The notes: generated by a model not told the origin, from the letters alone. A stretch of DNA of 49,127 bases from a virus (IMGVR_UViG_3300032335_000765:1-49127), one strand, 5' to 3'. Positions 9,219 through 18,715 are shown, counted from the stretch's first letter. Translations and numbers: made by a program.

Positions 9219-9370
9219 GCGACCAGCAACCCATCGCGTGGATGTTCAAGAACCCAGACGGCTCGGTGAAGTTCGTGCTGCACGACGCCGACCGGGCCGA
9301 GGCGTGGGGGCGGAACTTCAAGGGCACGGTCGTGCCGCTGTACGAAAAGCCGCAGGAGAAGCAGGCGTGA
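9215..9370 (+). CDS. 51-aa hypothetical protein not in ORF track (MSDQQPIAWMFK...PLYEKP)
   Basis: GTGA overlaps at both ends. Confidence 0.6.
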   Translation: MSDQQPIAWMFKNPDGSVKFVLHDADRAEAWGRNFKGTVVPLYEKPQEKQA

Positions 9371-9558
9371 AGGGCATCGAGCTGACCAACCACCTGCGTC
9401 TGCTCTCGGGCTACCACATGGGCACCGACCTGATCGACCGGCTCACCGCAGCCGAGCGGTTCCAGAAGCAGCAACGCGAGGCACTCGCCCAGGCGGCTGA
9501 CGAGATCGAGCGGCTCACGGCAGAACTGCAAGCCAAGCAGGCCCAGCCCGTAGGCTAG
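9367..9558 (+). CDS. Small coiled-coil protein
   Basis: AADEIERL motif; GGAG upstream. Confidence 0.6.
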   Translation: MKGIELTNHLRLLSGYHMGTDLIDRLTAAERFQKQQREALAQAADEIERLTAELQAKQAQPVG

Positions 9559-9608
9559 AAGCAACGGCCACGAGTCGGGCCTGACCCGCGCCACCACGAG
9601 GTAACACC

Positions 9609-9965
9609 ATGTCCGAAGTTCGCATCAAGCGTCGCGTTCGCACGATCTCCCTGACCCTCGGCACCGCGACCGCAGCGGCCACGGTCATGCGACTCGATGA
9701 CATGGCTGGCGGGATCATCTCGGTCGGCACGATGGCAACCTCGGCATCGACGCTCCAGATGTTCGGGGCTACCGATGAGGCTGGCCCGTATCGTCGCGTC
9801 TATGGGGCCGATGGCTCTGCCGCCGATGTGACCCTCGCACCGAGCACCGCCGATGGTCGGATCTACTCGCTCCCCGATTCCGCCTATGCTCTGCCCTACG
9901 TGCGGATCGTGAGCGGCAACACCCACGCGACTGCTGTGCCTGCGACGGTGGTGCTCAAGAGCTAG
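9609..9965 (+). CDS. Beta-rich putative virion protein
   Basis: GAGGT RBS; Thr/Ala-rich. Confidence 0.65.
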   Translation: MSEVRIKRRVRTISLTLGTATAAATVMRLDDMAGGIISVGTMATSASTLQMFGATDEAGPYRRVYGADGSAADVTLAPSTADGRIYSLPDSAYALPYVRIVSGNTHATAVPATVVLKS

Positions 9966-9967
9966 GC

Positions 9968-10312
9968 GTGCCAAGTCGCATACCCACCCACAGGCCGCCG
10001 CGTCTCCGCTCCGCTTCCATCCAGGCGGCAGAGCACACGAGGCCAAACGCGGCAGCCCGTGGGTACTGCGACGCGCGGCACAAGGCGTGGCGGCTCGCGG
10101 TGCTGACCCGCGACGCGTGGCAGTGCCAAGACTGCGGGCGTGTGTGTGCCGATCGCCGCGAGGCCCACGCTGACCACATCTCGCCGATCGTGCATGGCAC
10201 CGAGGTCTGTCGCGATGGACGATCGCGGTATGACGTAGCCGGTGGTCGCTGCCTCTGCGTGCGGTGCCACAGCCGGAAGACGAACAAAGAAAGTCGCTCG
10301 CAAGCAACGTGA
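9968..10312 (+). CDS. Terminase-associated HNH endonuclease (HK97 gp74-like)
   Basis: RDAWQCQDCG, ADHISP, LCVRCHSRKT; upstream of terS. Confidence 0.85.
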   Translation: MPSRIPTHRPPRLRSASIQAAEHTRPNAAARGYCDARHKAWRLAVLTRDAWQCQDCGRVCADRREAHADHISPIVHGTEVCRDGRSRYDVAGGRCLCVRCHSRKTNKESRSQAT

Positions 10313-10349
10313 AAATCCGTACACTTCCATCTCCACAAGGAGGTGGCGA

Positions 10350-11393
10350 ATGGCGTGCATGAAGTGCGGGTCGGATTGGGTGACGCTCAAGGGTAAGGAC
10401 ATGGTTTCCTGCCCCGAGTGCTGCAAGCAGCAACGGTGCAAAGCGAGGAAGCAGGGCAGGCTGCCAGCGGTTCGGCACAAGGGCTGCGAGAGATGCGGTC
10501 AAAAGTTGATCGTGCGAGGCTCTGCCGTCGCGGCGTCTAGGTTCTGCGACGATTGCAGGCTGCCCGCAAGGAACGAGCGTCGCAAGGCTTGGGCTGAATC
10601 GAAGCAGACGGAATCGGCCCGTAGGCTTCGTATCCATCGAGCCGTGTCTTCGTTCATGTCAGATGTCAGGGCAGCGATGAACGCTCAGTGCCTAGCGTCA
10701 AGGCGTAGCGTCTGTGCGTTGAGCAATCCGCCAAGAGCTTGCCTGTCTTGCGCAAAGCCTTTCCTGTCTGACCCTAGGCATGACTCTCGCTTCTGTTCAG
10801 TCGAGTGCGCTGGTGCTTGGTCGCGAGATGCTTCGTGCCTCATGTGCGGCGATCATGTCACGATTCGGGCAGTTGGCAGGAACGCCCGCAAGCGTCGATC
10901 CTCGGCACTGTGCAGGAGATGTGCGGTTCGCAAGTGGCGAGGAACCAGCAAGGCGAAAGATTCGAGAAGACTGCGAGACAACCATCGCAAGCGATGTAGG
11001 CTGCATGGCGTGCCTTACGATCCGAGCGTCAAGTCGCGGCTAGTGTTCGAGAGGGATAACTATGTGTGCCACTTGTGCGGCAGGCAGACGCTCATGATGT
11101 TTGCCTGGGTAGGCTCTGTGCCAGATGAGAGATCCCCGACAATCGACCACCACCCATACCCGCTGAGTGCCGGGATCAGCGGGCATGAGTGGCACAACGT
11201 CAAGTGCGCATGCTGGGGGTGCAACGTCCGCAAGGGCGCGGCGATTTCGCCGCAACATTTGTGCTGCAAAAGTAAGCAGCCGCTGCCGACGGGGGGGCAG
11301 GGTCAGCCTTGCTGGGCACGTCTGAGGAAAACCAGAAGTTCCTATAGGGAGGGGTGGTCGCGAAAGTCAGCAAAGGGGGTAGGTCATGACTAG
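10350..11393 (+). CDS. Multi-zinc-finger HNH endonuclease (homing-like)
   Basis: Many CxxC pairs; FERDNYVCHLCG, TIDH, HEWHNVKCACWGCNVRKG; AGGAGG RBS. Confidence 0.8.
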   Translation: MACMKCGSDWVTLKGKDMVSCPECCKQQRCKARKQGRLPAVRHKGCERCGQKLIVRGSAVAASRFCDDCRLPARNERRKAWAESKQTESARRLRIHRAVSSFMSDVRAAMNAQCLASRRSVCALSNPPRACLSCAKPFLSDPRHDSRFCSVECAGAWSRDASCLMCGDHVTIRAVGRNARKRRSSALCRRCAVRKWRGTSKAKDSRRLRDNHRKRCRLHGVPYDPSVKSRLVFERDNYVCHLCGRQTLMMFAWVGSVPDERSPTIDHHPYPLSAGISGHEWHNVKCACWGCNVRKGAAISPQHLCCKSKQPLPTGGQGQPCWARLRKTRSSYREGWSRKSAKGVGHD

Positions 11394-11889
11394 AACCGGC
11401 CGCCCCCGCACTCCTACTGCTCTAAAAATACTCAAGGGAAATCCCGGCAAACGTCCGCTAAACGCCGACGAGCCGCAGCCGCCGACCGATGGCATCACGA
11501 TGCCGCCGCACTTGGGCGAAGTCGCCGCCGCCCGGTGGCACGAGTTGCTGGCCATGCTCCAGGCGACGCGGGTGATGACGCGGGCCGATGTCGAGGCACT
11601 CGCCCGTTACTGCGATACGTGGGAGTGGTGGCTTGCGGTGCGGGTGAAACTGAAGAAGGAAGGCGACACGTACCCGATTCTCAATGACGGCGGCGAGATC
11701 AAATACATCGCACAGAGGCCCGAGGTCTCGATCGCTCACAAGCTCGCCGGGCAACTGCGTCAGTTGGAGTCTGACTTCGGGCTCTCGCCTGCCGCCCGAG
11801 CCTCGCTGAAGGTGGAACCGGATGCCAAGGCGGAAAGCGCAATCGACAAGTTCCGCGCCCTCCGCGATGCCCGCAAGGCGTCGGGCTGA
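11386..11889 (+). CDS. terS: Terminase small subunit, P27 family
   Basis: PTALKILKGNPGKRPLN, FGLSPAARASL. Confidence 0.92.
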   Translation: MTRTGRPRTPTALKILKGNPGKRPLNADEPQPPTDGITMPPHLGEVAAARWHELLAMLQATRVMTRADVEALARYCDTWEWWLAVRVKLKKEGDTYPILNDGGEIKYIAQRPEVSIAHKLAGQLRQLESDFGLSPAARASLKVEPDAKAESAIDKFRALRDARKASG

Positions 11890-13456
11890 GTGGGTCGCGG
11901 GCTACCGCTACGATCAAGACGCCGCCGATCTGGTGGTCGGATTCTTGGAGTCGGTGTGCTGCCACACAAAAGACTCCCCGACCGCCAAGGCTGGCGAGCC
12001 GATGCGGCTTCTGGAGTGGCACAAGCAGGATGTGATCGAGCCGCTCTACGGGTGGCGAACCGAGGAAGGGCTGCGGAGATACAGACTCGCCTACATCGAA
12101 GTGCCGAAAAAAAATGCCAAGTCAACGCTGCTCTCGTGCCTCTCGATCTGGCACTTGCTGATGGAGGGCGAGGGCGAGCTCGGCTGCATCGCGGCGAAGG
12201 ATCGCAATCAAGCGGCGATTATTTTTGACGAGACCGCCGCGATGGTGAAGCGGTCGCCCGAACTGGCGGCGTCGCTCGAGGTGGTGGACTCGAGAAAAAC
12301 GATCGTCTGCCAGCAAACCGGCTCGAGCCTGCGAGTGATCTCGCGAGATGCCGGTGCGGCGGAAGGCCCGTCCTACTCGTTCGTCTTCTGCGACGAACTG
12401 CACGCGTGGCCCGACCGGCGACTATTCGAGGCACTCCGCTATTCGGGCCGCTCCAGGCGCGAGCCGCTCCTCGCGACGATCTCAACGGCGGGCGATCGGC
12501 GTGACACGATTTGCTGGGAGCAGCACGAATACGCCGAGTTGACCGCTGCCGATCCGAACTACGATCCCCGCTTTTACGGCAAGATTTTCGGAGCGAGAAC
12601 TGATGGGAGCGATGACTACTTCGACCCGGCGGTGTGGCGGCGGGTGAATCCCGGCATGGGCGTCACCATGACCGAGGAATCATTCGCGGCGGATGCCCGC
12701 GAAGCGAAGAACAAAGCGACCAAGCTCAACGGCTGGCTCCGCTACTCGCTCGGGGTGTGGACTGAGAGCACGAACCGCTGGCTCGATCCCGAGAAGTGGG
12801 CCGCGTGCTCGGGTGGCCCGACCTCACCCTTCGCGGGGCGGAAGTGCATCCTCGGGATGGACTTGTCGAAGTCAACCGACCTCTCCGCGATGATCGCTCT
12901 CTTCCCGTGCGAGGGTGACGAGTTCGAGGTCGATGCGATGTTCTGGGCTCCCCGCGATCTCATCATGGAGCGGGAGCGAACCGACCGCCAGCCGTTCCAG
13001 CACTGGGTGAGCTCCGGGTACATCACGGCAACCGACGGGAACGTGATCGACCACTCGAAGATTCGCGAGTACGTGCTTGAGTACGCGAAGACGCACCAGA
13101 TCGAGCACATCTACATGGATCTCACCGGGGCGGTTCAGTTGGCGGTGGAACTGCAAGGGGCGGGGCTGAAAGTGGCAGGATGGAGCCAAGGCTTCCGGGG
13201 CATGAGCTCGGGTACTAAGAGGCTCGAATCTCTGGTGCTTCAGAACCGCATCCGCCACGGTGGCAACCCAGTGCTCTCGTGGATGTCGGCGAATGTGACG
13301 GTGGAGACGAACTCGTTTGAGGACGTTCGGCCGGTGAAGAAAAAGAGCACGGGCCGCATCGACGGGATCGTCGCTCTGATCTTCGCTCTTGGCGGCTGGG
13401 AGTCATCGCAGATCACCAACAAGCCCGCAGCCGAACCCTCCATCCTGCTCATATGA
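11867..13456 (+). CDS. terL: Terminase large subunit (start 11822 or 11867)
   Basis: Walker A PKKNAKST, Walker B FCDELH, nuclease GMDLSKSTD, RIDGIVA. Confidence 0.95.
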   Translation: MPARRRAEWVAGYRYDQDAADLVVGFLESVCCHTKDSPTAKAGEPMRLLEWHKQDVIEPLYGWRTEEGLRRYRLAYIEVPKKNAKSTLLSCLSIWHLLMEGEGELGCIAAKDRNQAAIIFDETAAMVKRSPELAASLEVVDSRKTIVCQQTGSSLRVISRDAGAAEGPSYSFVFCDELHAWPDRRLFEALRYSGRSRREPLLATISTAGDRRDTICWEQHEYAELTAADPNYDPRFYGKIFGARTDGSDDYFDPAVWRRVNPGMGVTMTEESFAADAREAKNKATKLNGWLRYSLGVWTESTNRWLDPEKWAACSGGPTSPFAGRKCILGMDLSKSTDLSAMIALFPCEGDEFEVDAMFWAPRDLIMERERTDRQPFQHWVSSGYITATDGNVIDHSKIREYVLEYAKTHQIEHIYMDLTGAVQLAVELQGAGLKVAGWSQGFRGMSSGTKRLESLVLQNRIRHGGNPVLSWMSANVTVETNSFEDVRPVKKKSTGRIDGIVALIFALGGWESSQITNKPAAEPSILLI

Positions 13457-15609
13457 TCTCCCCAAACGCTCGCATCTTGTGGCTCCCCGGCGAAGACTCC
13501 CGCAACTGGGATTACGAGTCGGGCGGCTGGGCTGGCGGCAACCGCAACCCGAGCGGCGTGAAGGTGGACGCCGAGACCGCGTTGCGATCGACGGTGGTGC
13601 TCGCGTGCATCCGCGTGCTCTCGACTTCGGTCGCTGGGCTCCCTCTGCATCTCTACCGGCGGCTGTCGGGTGGCGGGAAGGAGATTGCCCGCGAGCATCC
13701 GCTCTATCGGCTCCTGCACTCGCAGCCGAACTCGTGGCAGACCTCGTTCGAGTGGCGCGAGCAGATGATGCTGCACTTGCTCTCGCATGGGTTCGCTCTC
13801 GATGAGAAGGTCTACAGCGGGGGGACGATCAGCGAGATCGTGCCGCTGCACCCGAGCCGCGTGAAGACCGAGCAACTCGAAAACAACCGGCTGCGGTACA
13901 CGTACCGCGAAGCGTCTGGCTCTTCGACGGTCTACACCCAGGATGCGGTGATGTCGGTGCGGGGGATGTCGGATGACGGCGTGAACGGGATGAGCACGAT
14001 TGAGCTCGCCCGCGACGCGATCGGGCTGGCTCGGGCGTGCGAGATCCACGGGGCGACGTTCTTCGGGAATGGTGCCCGGCCTGGGGTGATCTTGTCCACC
14101 GATCAGATGCTTTCGCCGGAGGCAGCCGAGAACACGCGGAACCAGTGGGAGCGAGCTCATCGCGGGCCGGATCGCAGCAACCGAACGGCGGTGCTGCAAG
14201 GTGGGCTCAAGGTTTCGGAGCTCGGCGGGAACAACCAAGAGAGCCAGTTTCTTGAGGCTCGCCGCTTTCAAGTCGAAGAAGTGTGCCGCCTCTTCGGCGT
14301 TCCCCCACATCTCGTGGGCGATTTGACCAGAAGTTCTTTCTCGAATATCGAGCAGCAATCGCTCGACTTCTTGACGAACGGGCTGATGCCGTATCTGCGT
14401 CGCATCGAATCTTCGATCGCTCGCGACTTGCTTGACGGTGACGAAGAGCACTTCGTGGAGTTTGACACGCGCGGCGTGCTGCGAGCCGACGCGGCCGGGC
14501 GAGGTGCGTACTACAACACGATGTGGAACCTTGGCGTGTTGAGCGTGAACGAGATCCGCTCACTGGAGAATCTGAATCCCGTCGAAAGCGGCGATGTGAG
14601 GTTCGTGCAGTTGAACATGACCACGCTCGATAAGGCGGCGGCTGCTCCTGAGCCGATGCCCGCGACCGTGGTCGAAGAGATCGTAGTGGACGAGACCGCC
14701 CCGGCTCCCGAGCCGGTCGCGGATGCCGCCCCGGCCCAGGCTGATGAACCGCAACTCGCCGACGTTTCGCTCAACGGTGCCCAGATCACCGGCATCTTGG
14801 AAATCCTGACGCAAGTCAGTGGCGGGCTCCTGACCACCGACGCGGCTGGGGCGTTGATTCTCGCATCGTTCCCCAGCATTCCACCCGCTTCGGTCGATCG
14901 CATTCTCGCGGGCACGAGTACGCAGGCTGCCGCTCCTGCGCCGGTCGCAGAGCCACCCGCTCCCGAGCCCGCCGCCGCCTCGCTCCCCGCGAGCCGAGCG
15001 ATGACGATCAGCGTCGATTTTGACCGGACGTTCTCTGCCGATCCCCGGCTCTGGGGCGAGTTCGCCCGCAAGGCGGTCGCGGACGGCAATCGTGTCGTGA
15101 TGATTTCTCGCAGGCCCGAGGCGGATCGAGAGGAGGTGATCTCATCTCTCGGCGACTACGCCGAGGCTTTCTCCGATGTGCTGCTCGTGGGTAGTGACAC
15201 GCTCAAAAACGATGCGGCCCAGGCGGCCGGGATCGCCGTGGACGTGTGGGTGGACGATTCGCCTCAGTTCATTCGGGGCGAGCAGCGTGCCCAGCCGGGC
15301 ACCGTGTCGGAGGGTGACTTCGTTTCGTGGGATTCGTCGGGCGGTCGTGCTCGCGGGCGGATCGACCATGTGATGGACTACGGCACGCTGGACATACCCG
15401 GCACCGATTTCAAGATCGACGCGACAGAGGAAGACCCCGCCGCCCTCATCACGGTCTACGAAGAGGTCAGCGGCGGATGGCGGGCGACCGAGACGCAAGT
15501 CGGTCACAAGGTCGCGACGCTGACCAAGATCGACCCGCTGCCCGAGCCGCCCCCGGTTGAGGAGAGCTCCTACGGCAAGCCGAAGCGGAAGGGGCGGAAG
15601 CGTGGCTAG
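13453..15609 (+). CDS. HK97-family portal protein with C-terminal HAD-like and Tudor/SH3-like extensions
   Basis: Portal motifs (FFGNGARPG, FGVPPHLVG, SNIEQQ, NEIRSLENL) to ~14630, then DFDRT HAD domain and GDFVSWDSSGG domain. Confidence 0.9.
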   Translation: MISPNARILWLPGEDSRNWDYESGGWAGGNRNPSGVKVDAETALRSTVVLACIRVLSTSVAGLPLHLYRRLSGGGKEIAREHPLYRLLHSQPNSWQTSFEWREQMMLHLLSHGFALDEKVYSGGTISEIVPLHPSRVKTEQLENNRLRYTYREASGSSTVYTQDAVMSVRGMSDDGVNGMSTIELARDAIGLARACEIHGATFFGNGARPGVILSTDQMLSPEAAENTRNQWERAHRGPDRSNRTAVLQGGLKVSELGGNNQESQFLEARRFQVEEVCRLFGVPPHLVGDLTRSSFSNIEQQSLDFLTNGLMPYLRRIESSIARDLLDGDEEHFVEFDTRGVLRADAAGRGAYYNTMWNLGVLSVNEIRSLENLNPVESGDVRFVQLNMTTLDKAAAAPEPMPATVVEEIVVDETAPAPEPVADAAPAQADEPQLADVSLNGAQITGILEILTQVSGGLLTTDAAGALILASFPSIPPASVDRILAGTSTQAAAPAPVAEPPAPEPAAASLPASRAMTISVDFDRTFSADPRLWGEFARKAVADGNRVVMISRRPEADREEVISSLGDYAEAFSDVLLVGSDTLKNDAAQAAGIAVDVWVDDSPQFIRGEQRAQPGTVSEGDFVSWDSSGGRARGRIDHVMDYGTLDIPGTDFKIDATEEDPAALITVYEEVSGGWRATETQVGHKVATLTKIDPLPEPPPVEESSYGKPKRKGRKRG

Positions 15610-15877
15610 GTACGACCACATCGACTTCACGCCCCCGGCTGGCGTGCGTGAGGAAGCAGCGAAGGGGCTCGCGTGGCGAGACGAGTACGGCCGAGGCGGC
15701 ACGGCAGTCGGCGTTGCCCGAGCACGCGACCTATCGAACGGCGTGAAGATCAGTCCCGAGACCGCTCGGCGGATGAAGGCGTATTTCGACCGGCACGAGA
15801 TCGACAAGCAAGGAAAGGGCTATAGCCCAGGCGAGGACGGCTTTCCATCAGCCGGACGCATCGCCTGGGCACTTTAG
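15602..15877 (+). CDS. Head-module domain protein, interrupted by in-frame TAG, same frame as protease
   Basis: GGTAVGVARARDL...RMKAYFDRH...PSAGRIAWAL*LWGG. Confidence 0.75.
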   Translation: MARYDHIDFTPPAGVREEAAKGLAWRDEYGRGGTAVGVARARDLSNGVKISPETARRMKAYFDRHEIDKQGKGYSPGEDGFPSAGRIAWAL

Positions 15878-15961
15878 CTTTGGGGTGGAAACCCCGGTCA
15901 GGATTGGTCAAGCAAACTGGTGCGGCAGATGAACGCCGCCGACGAGGAAGGCAGGAGCATC

Positions 15962-16621
15962 ATGGGCAACATCGAACGGCGTTCTCTGGCGATTGACGAG
16001 ATCGAGTCGGCGGTGCCGCTGCTCGCGGTCGAGAGCCGCAGCGAGGACGGCAACGATCAGGAATGGATCGTGGGCTACGCCGCGAAGTTCGGCGTCAACT
16101 CGCTCGAACTTGATGGCTCATTCATCGAGCGGATCGACCCCGCTGCCTTTGGCATTGTCGCCGAGCGGCGCGGCCGCAAGAAACCGCTGGAGACGCGGGC
16201 TCTCTGGAACCACGACGCGAACTACCCGCTCGCCCGCTATCCCGGCACGCTCAAGATGACGGTCGATGAGATCGGGCTGCGGTATGAGTTCCCGGTGCCC
16301 GACACGACCTACGGCCGCGACATCGCCAGCAACATTCGGGCGGGCATCGTCAAGGGCTCGTCATTCAGTTTCACCGTGCCCAGCGGCGGCGATTCGTGGG
16401 CGGTCGAAGACGGTCGCAGTGTGCGGACGATCCAGAAGATCGACACGCTGCTCGATGTCGGGCCGGTCACGTTCCCTGCGTATCCCGATGCCGATGTGAC
16501 GGTGGCCCAGCGATCATTCGATCACTTCCGCCAGGAGCGGCGGCAGCACGAGGAAGCCCGCAAGTATCTCGCGGATCGGGCCGCGTTCTATCGCGACGTA
16601 CTGAGGCAGCATGGCCGCTAG
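15962..16621 (+). CDS. HK97-family prohead protease
   Basis: GYAAKF, ALWNHD (His), GSSFSF (Ser), VTFPAYPD; AGGAG before ATG 15962. Confidence 0.93.
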   Translation: MGNIERRSLAIDEIESAVPLLAVESRSEDGNDQEWIVGYAAKFGVNSLELDGSFIERIDPAAFGIVAERRGRKKPLETRALWNHDANYPLARYPGTLKMTVDEIGLRYEFPVPDTTYGRDIASNIRAGIVKGSSFSFTVPSGGDSWAVEDGRSVRTIQKIDTLLDVGPVTFPAYPDADVTVAQRSFDHFRQERRQHEEARKYLADRAAFYRDVLRQHGR

Positions 16622-16793
16622 TGGTGATTCGTGCTCGCGTTGTCGCGAGGGCAAGTACGCCGTCGCGTCGAGCGTTCGCAGCGGCGAGTATCAGACGCGC
16701 TATCTGCGGTGCCAGCGGTGCGGCTGCACCGACAAGCAGATCGTGCCGGGCAGTGAAGTGCGGCGGAAGTCTTTTACTGCCGACGCACGCTAA
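16611..16793 (+). CDS. Ogr/Delta-like zinc-ribbon protein
   Basis: CSRC...TRYLRCQRCG. Confidence 0.6.
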   Translation: MAASGDSCSRCREGKYAVASSVRSGEYQTRYLRCQRCGCTDKQIVPGSEVRRKSFTADAR

Positions 16794-16879
16794 CTGCATG
16801 GTTTCAAGGCGGGGCTCTTAGTTTCGGGATAGGCGAACGCGATCGCGTTGCCGTGAACCCGAATACAGGAGCGATCCTC

Positions 16880-18235
16880 GTGGACAAGATCAAGCAACTG
16901 CTCGAAGAGTTGGCCGCCGTCGTTGCCGAGATGGAGGCGATGACCGAGGACGCCCCCGAGGGTGAGGCTCCCGCCGAGCCGATGACCGAAGAGCAGGAGG
17001 CTTCGCTCCGGTCGCTCGAAGTTCGGGCCGACAAGCTCAAGGAGCGGATCGAGTTCCTGACCCGCGTGCAGGCCAAGGAACTTGAGCTCCGCAGCGTTCT
17101 GGAGCGTGCCGCTCCCGCCAAGAAGATCGAAGCCACCACCGAGGAGACTCCCGTGGAGAAGCGAACTGTGTTTGCCGTGCCGAAGGCGTCTCGTCCCCTG
17201 CGTGGCTTCCGCTCCGAGGAGCGTGCCTACCGTGCTGGCATGGCGATTCGTGCCGGTCTCTTCAATGATGACGAGGCTCGGCGGTGGTGCATGGATCACG
17301 GCGTCGAGAGCCGTGCCCAAGCTGGCGGCATCAACTCGCTCGGCGGTGTGCTGACCAATGATGAGCTGTCGAGTGAAATCGTGAGGTTGGTCGAGTCGTT
17401 CGGTGCCTATCCTGCGAACGCCCGCAGCGTGACGATGAACAGCGACACGCTGCTCATCGCCCGTCGCACCGGCGGTCTGTCGGCTCGCCCGATCGGCGAG
17501 AACGCCGCTCCGGCCACCAGCGATGTGACGTTCGACAACGTGCAACTCGTCGCCAAGCTCTGGGGCGTCGACAACCGCGTGCCGATGTCGCTGATCGAGG
17601 ACTCGGTGATCGACCTTGCCGATGCGATGGCGGTCGAGGTGGCGCAGGCTTACGCCGAAGCCTTCGACAACGCTGGCTTCATCGGCACGGGTGCCGGTGC
17701 CGTGTATCACGGCACGGTCGGCGTGGCGGTCTCGATCAACGACGGCACGCACTCGGCGGGCGTGGTCAATGCTGCGACCGGCAACAACGTGTTCAGCGAA
17801 CTCGACCTGAGCGACTTCACGAACCTTGTCGCTCGCTGCCCGCTGTACGCGCGTCGCAATGCAAAGTTTTTCATCAGCCCGGCGGGCTACGGCTCTTCGA
17901 TGCTGCGGCTCCTCATGGCCGCTGGCGGCAACAACGGAGCCGACGTGGCCGGTGGCGGCGGGCTCCAGTTTCTCGGATTTCCTGTGGTTCTAACCCACCC
18001 CCTTGAGAGCCGCCTGACCGGCACGGGTTCGGCGATCGCCTGCCTGTTCGGTGATCTGTCGCAGGCTTGCACGATGGGCACTCGCCGAGAGATCAGCGTC
18101 AAGACCGACGCGTCTCGCTTCGTGGAGTTCGACCAGCTTCTGACCTTCGCGACCGCTCGCGTGGCGATGGTCGCCCACGACCTTGGTGACACCAGCAAGG
18201 CTGGCCCGATCGTCGCCCTCAAGTTCGCCTCGTGA
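16880..18235 (+). CDS. HK97-fold major capsid protein with N-terminal scaffold (delta) domain
   Basis: Coiled-coil N-terminus, GGVL, IGEN, LIEDS, FGDLS; AGGAG RBS before GTG. Confidence 0.93.
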   Translation: MDKIKQLLEELAAVVAEMEAMTEDAPEGEAPAEPMTEEQEASLRSLEVRADKLKERIEFLTRVQAKELELRSVLERAAPAKKIEATTEETPVEKRTVFAVPKASRPLRGFRSEERAYRAGMAIRAGLFNDDEARRWCMDHGVESRAQAGGINSLGGVLTNDELSSEIVRLVESFGAYPANARSVTMNSDTLLIARRTGGLSARPIGENAAPATSDVTFDNVQLVAKLWGVDNRVPMSLIEDSVIDLADAMAVEVAQAYAEAFDNAGFIGTGAGAVYHGTVGVAVSINDGTHSAGVVNAATGNNVFSELDLSDFTNLVARCPLYARRNAKFFISPAGYGSSMLRLLMAAGGNNGADVAGGGGLQFLGFPVVLTHPLESRLTGTGSAIACLFGDLSQACTMGTRREISVKTDASRFVEFDQLLTFATARVAMVAHDLGDTSKAGPIVALKFAS

Positions 18236-18263
18236 CCTCTGACCCTCTAGGAGACTCTGACTC

Positions 18264-18692
18264 GTGAACTACCTCGAAGCATCCAGGACGGTCGTGGGTT
18301 CCACCGTGACCTCGGCCGCCGGAACGGCGACCCTGACCATCGACCGCCTCGGCTACGACTACGCGTCGGTCGATGTGGTCGTGGCGGTGTCGGCGACCCC
18401 GGCGAATACTTCGGCGTCGATCCTCAACGTGCTGACGCTCTCGCAGGGCGACACGACCACGGCGGGCTCCTCGGTCTACACCGTGGCGGTTCCCGCTGCG
18501 AGCGTGGCCGTGACGGCTCGCCCGAGCGTGGTGCGGCTCGATGTCGATCTTCGCGGCAAGGGCCGATACTTGAAGATCGACGCCACTCCCGCGACCAGCC
18601 TCGCGACCACGATCGTGGCCCGGCTGGGCAAGGGCGAGATTGGCCCCGAGACGGCCGACGCCAAGGGCGTGCTCGCGAAGTACACCGGCTGA
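18264..18692 (+). CDS. Putative capsid decoration/minor head protein
   Basis: Beta-rich protein directly after MCP. Confidence 0.6.
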   Translation: MNYLEASRTVVGSTVTSAAGTATLTIDRLGYDYASVDVVVAVSATPANTSASILNVLTLSQGDTTTAGSSVYTVAVPAASVAVTARPSVVRLDVDLRGKGRYLKIDATPATSLATTIVARLGKGEIGPETADAKGVLAKYTG

Positions 18693-18695
18693 CGC

Positions 18696-18714
18696 TTGAC
18701 AGCCTCGACACAGT
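18696..18714 (+). promoter_or_regulatory. TTGACA-N7-CACWST motif copy 2
   Basis: TTGACA gcctcga CACAGT, intergenic. Confidence 0.55.
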
Positions 18715-18715
18715 G

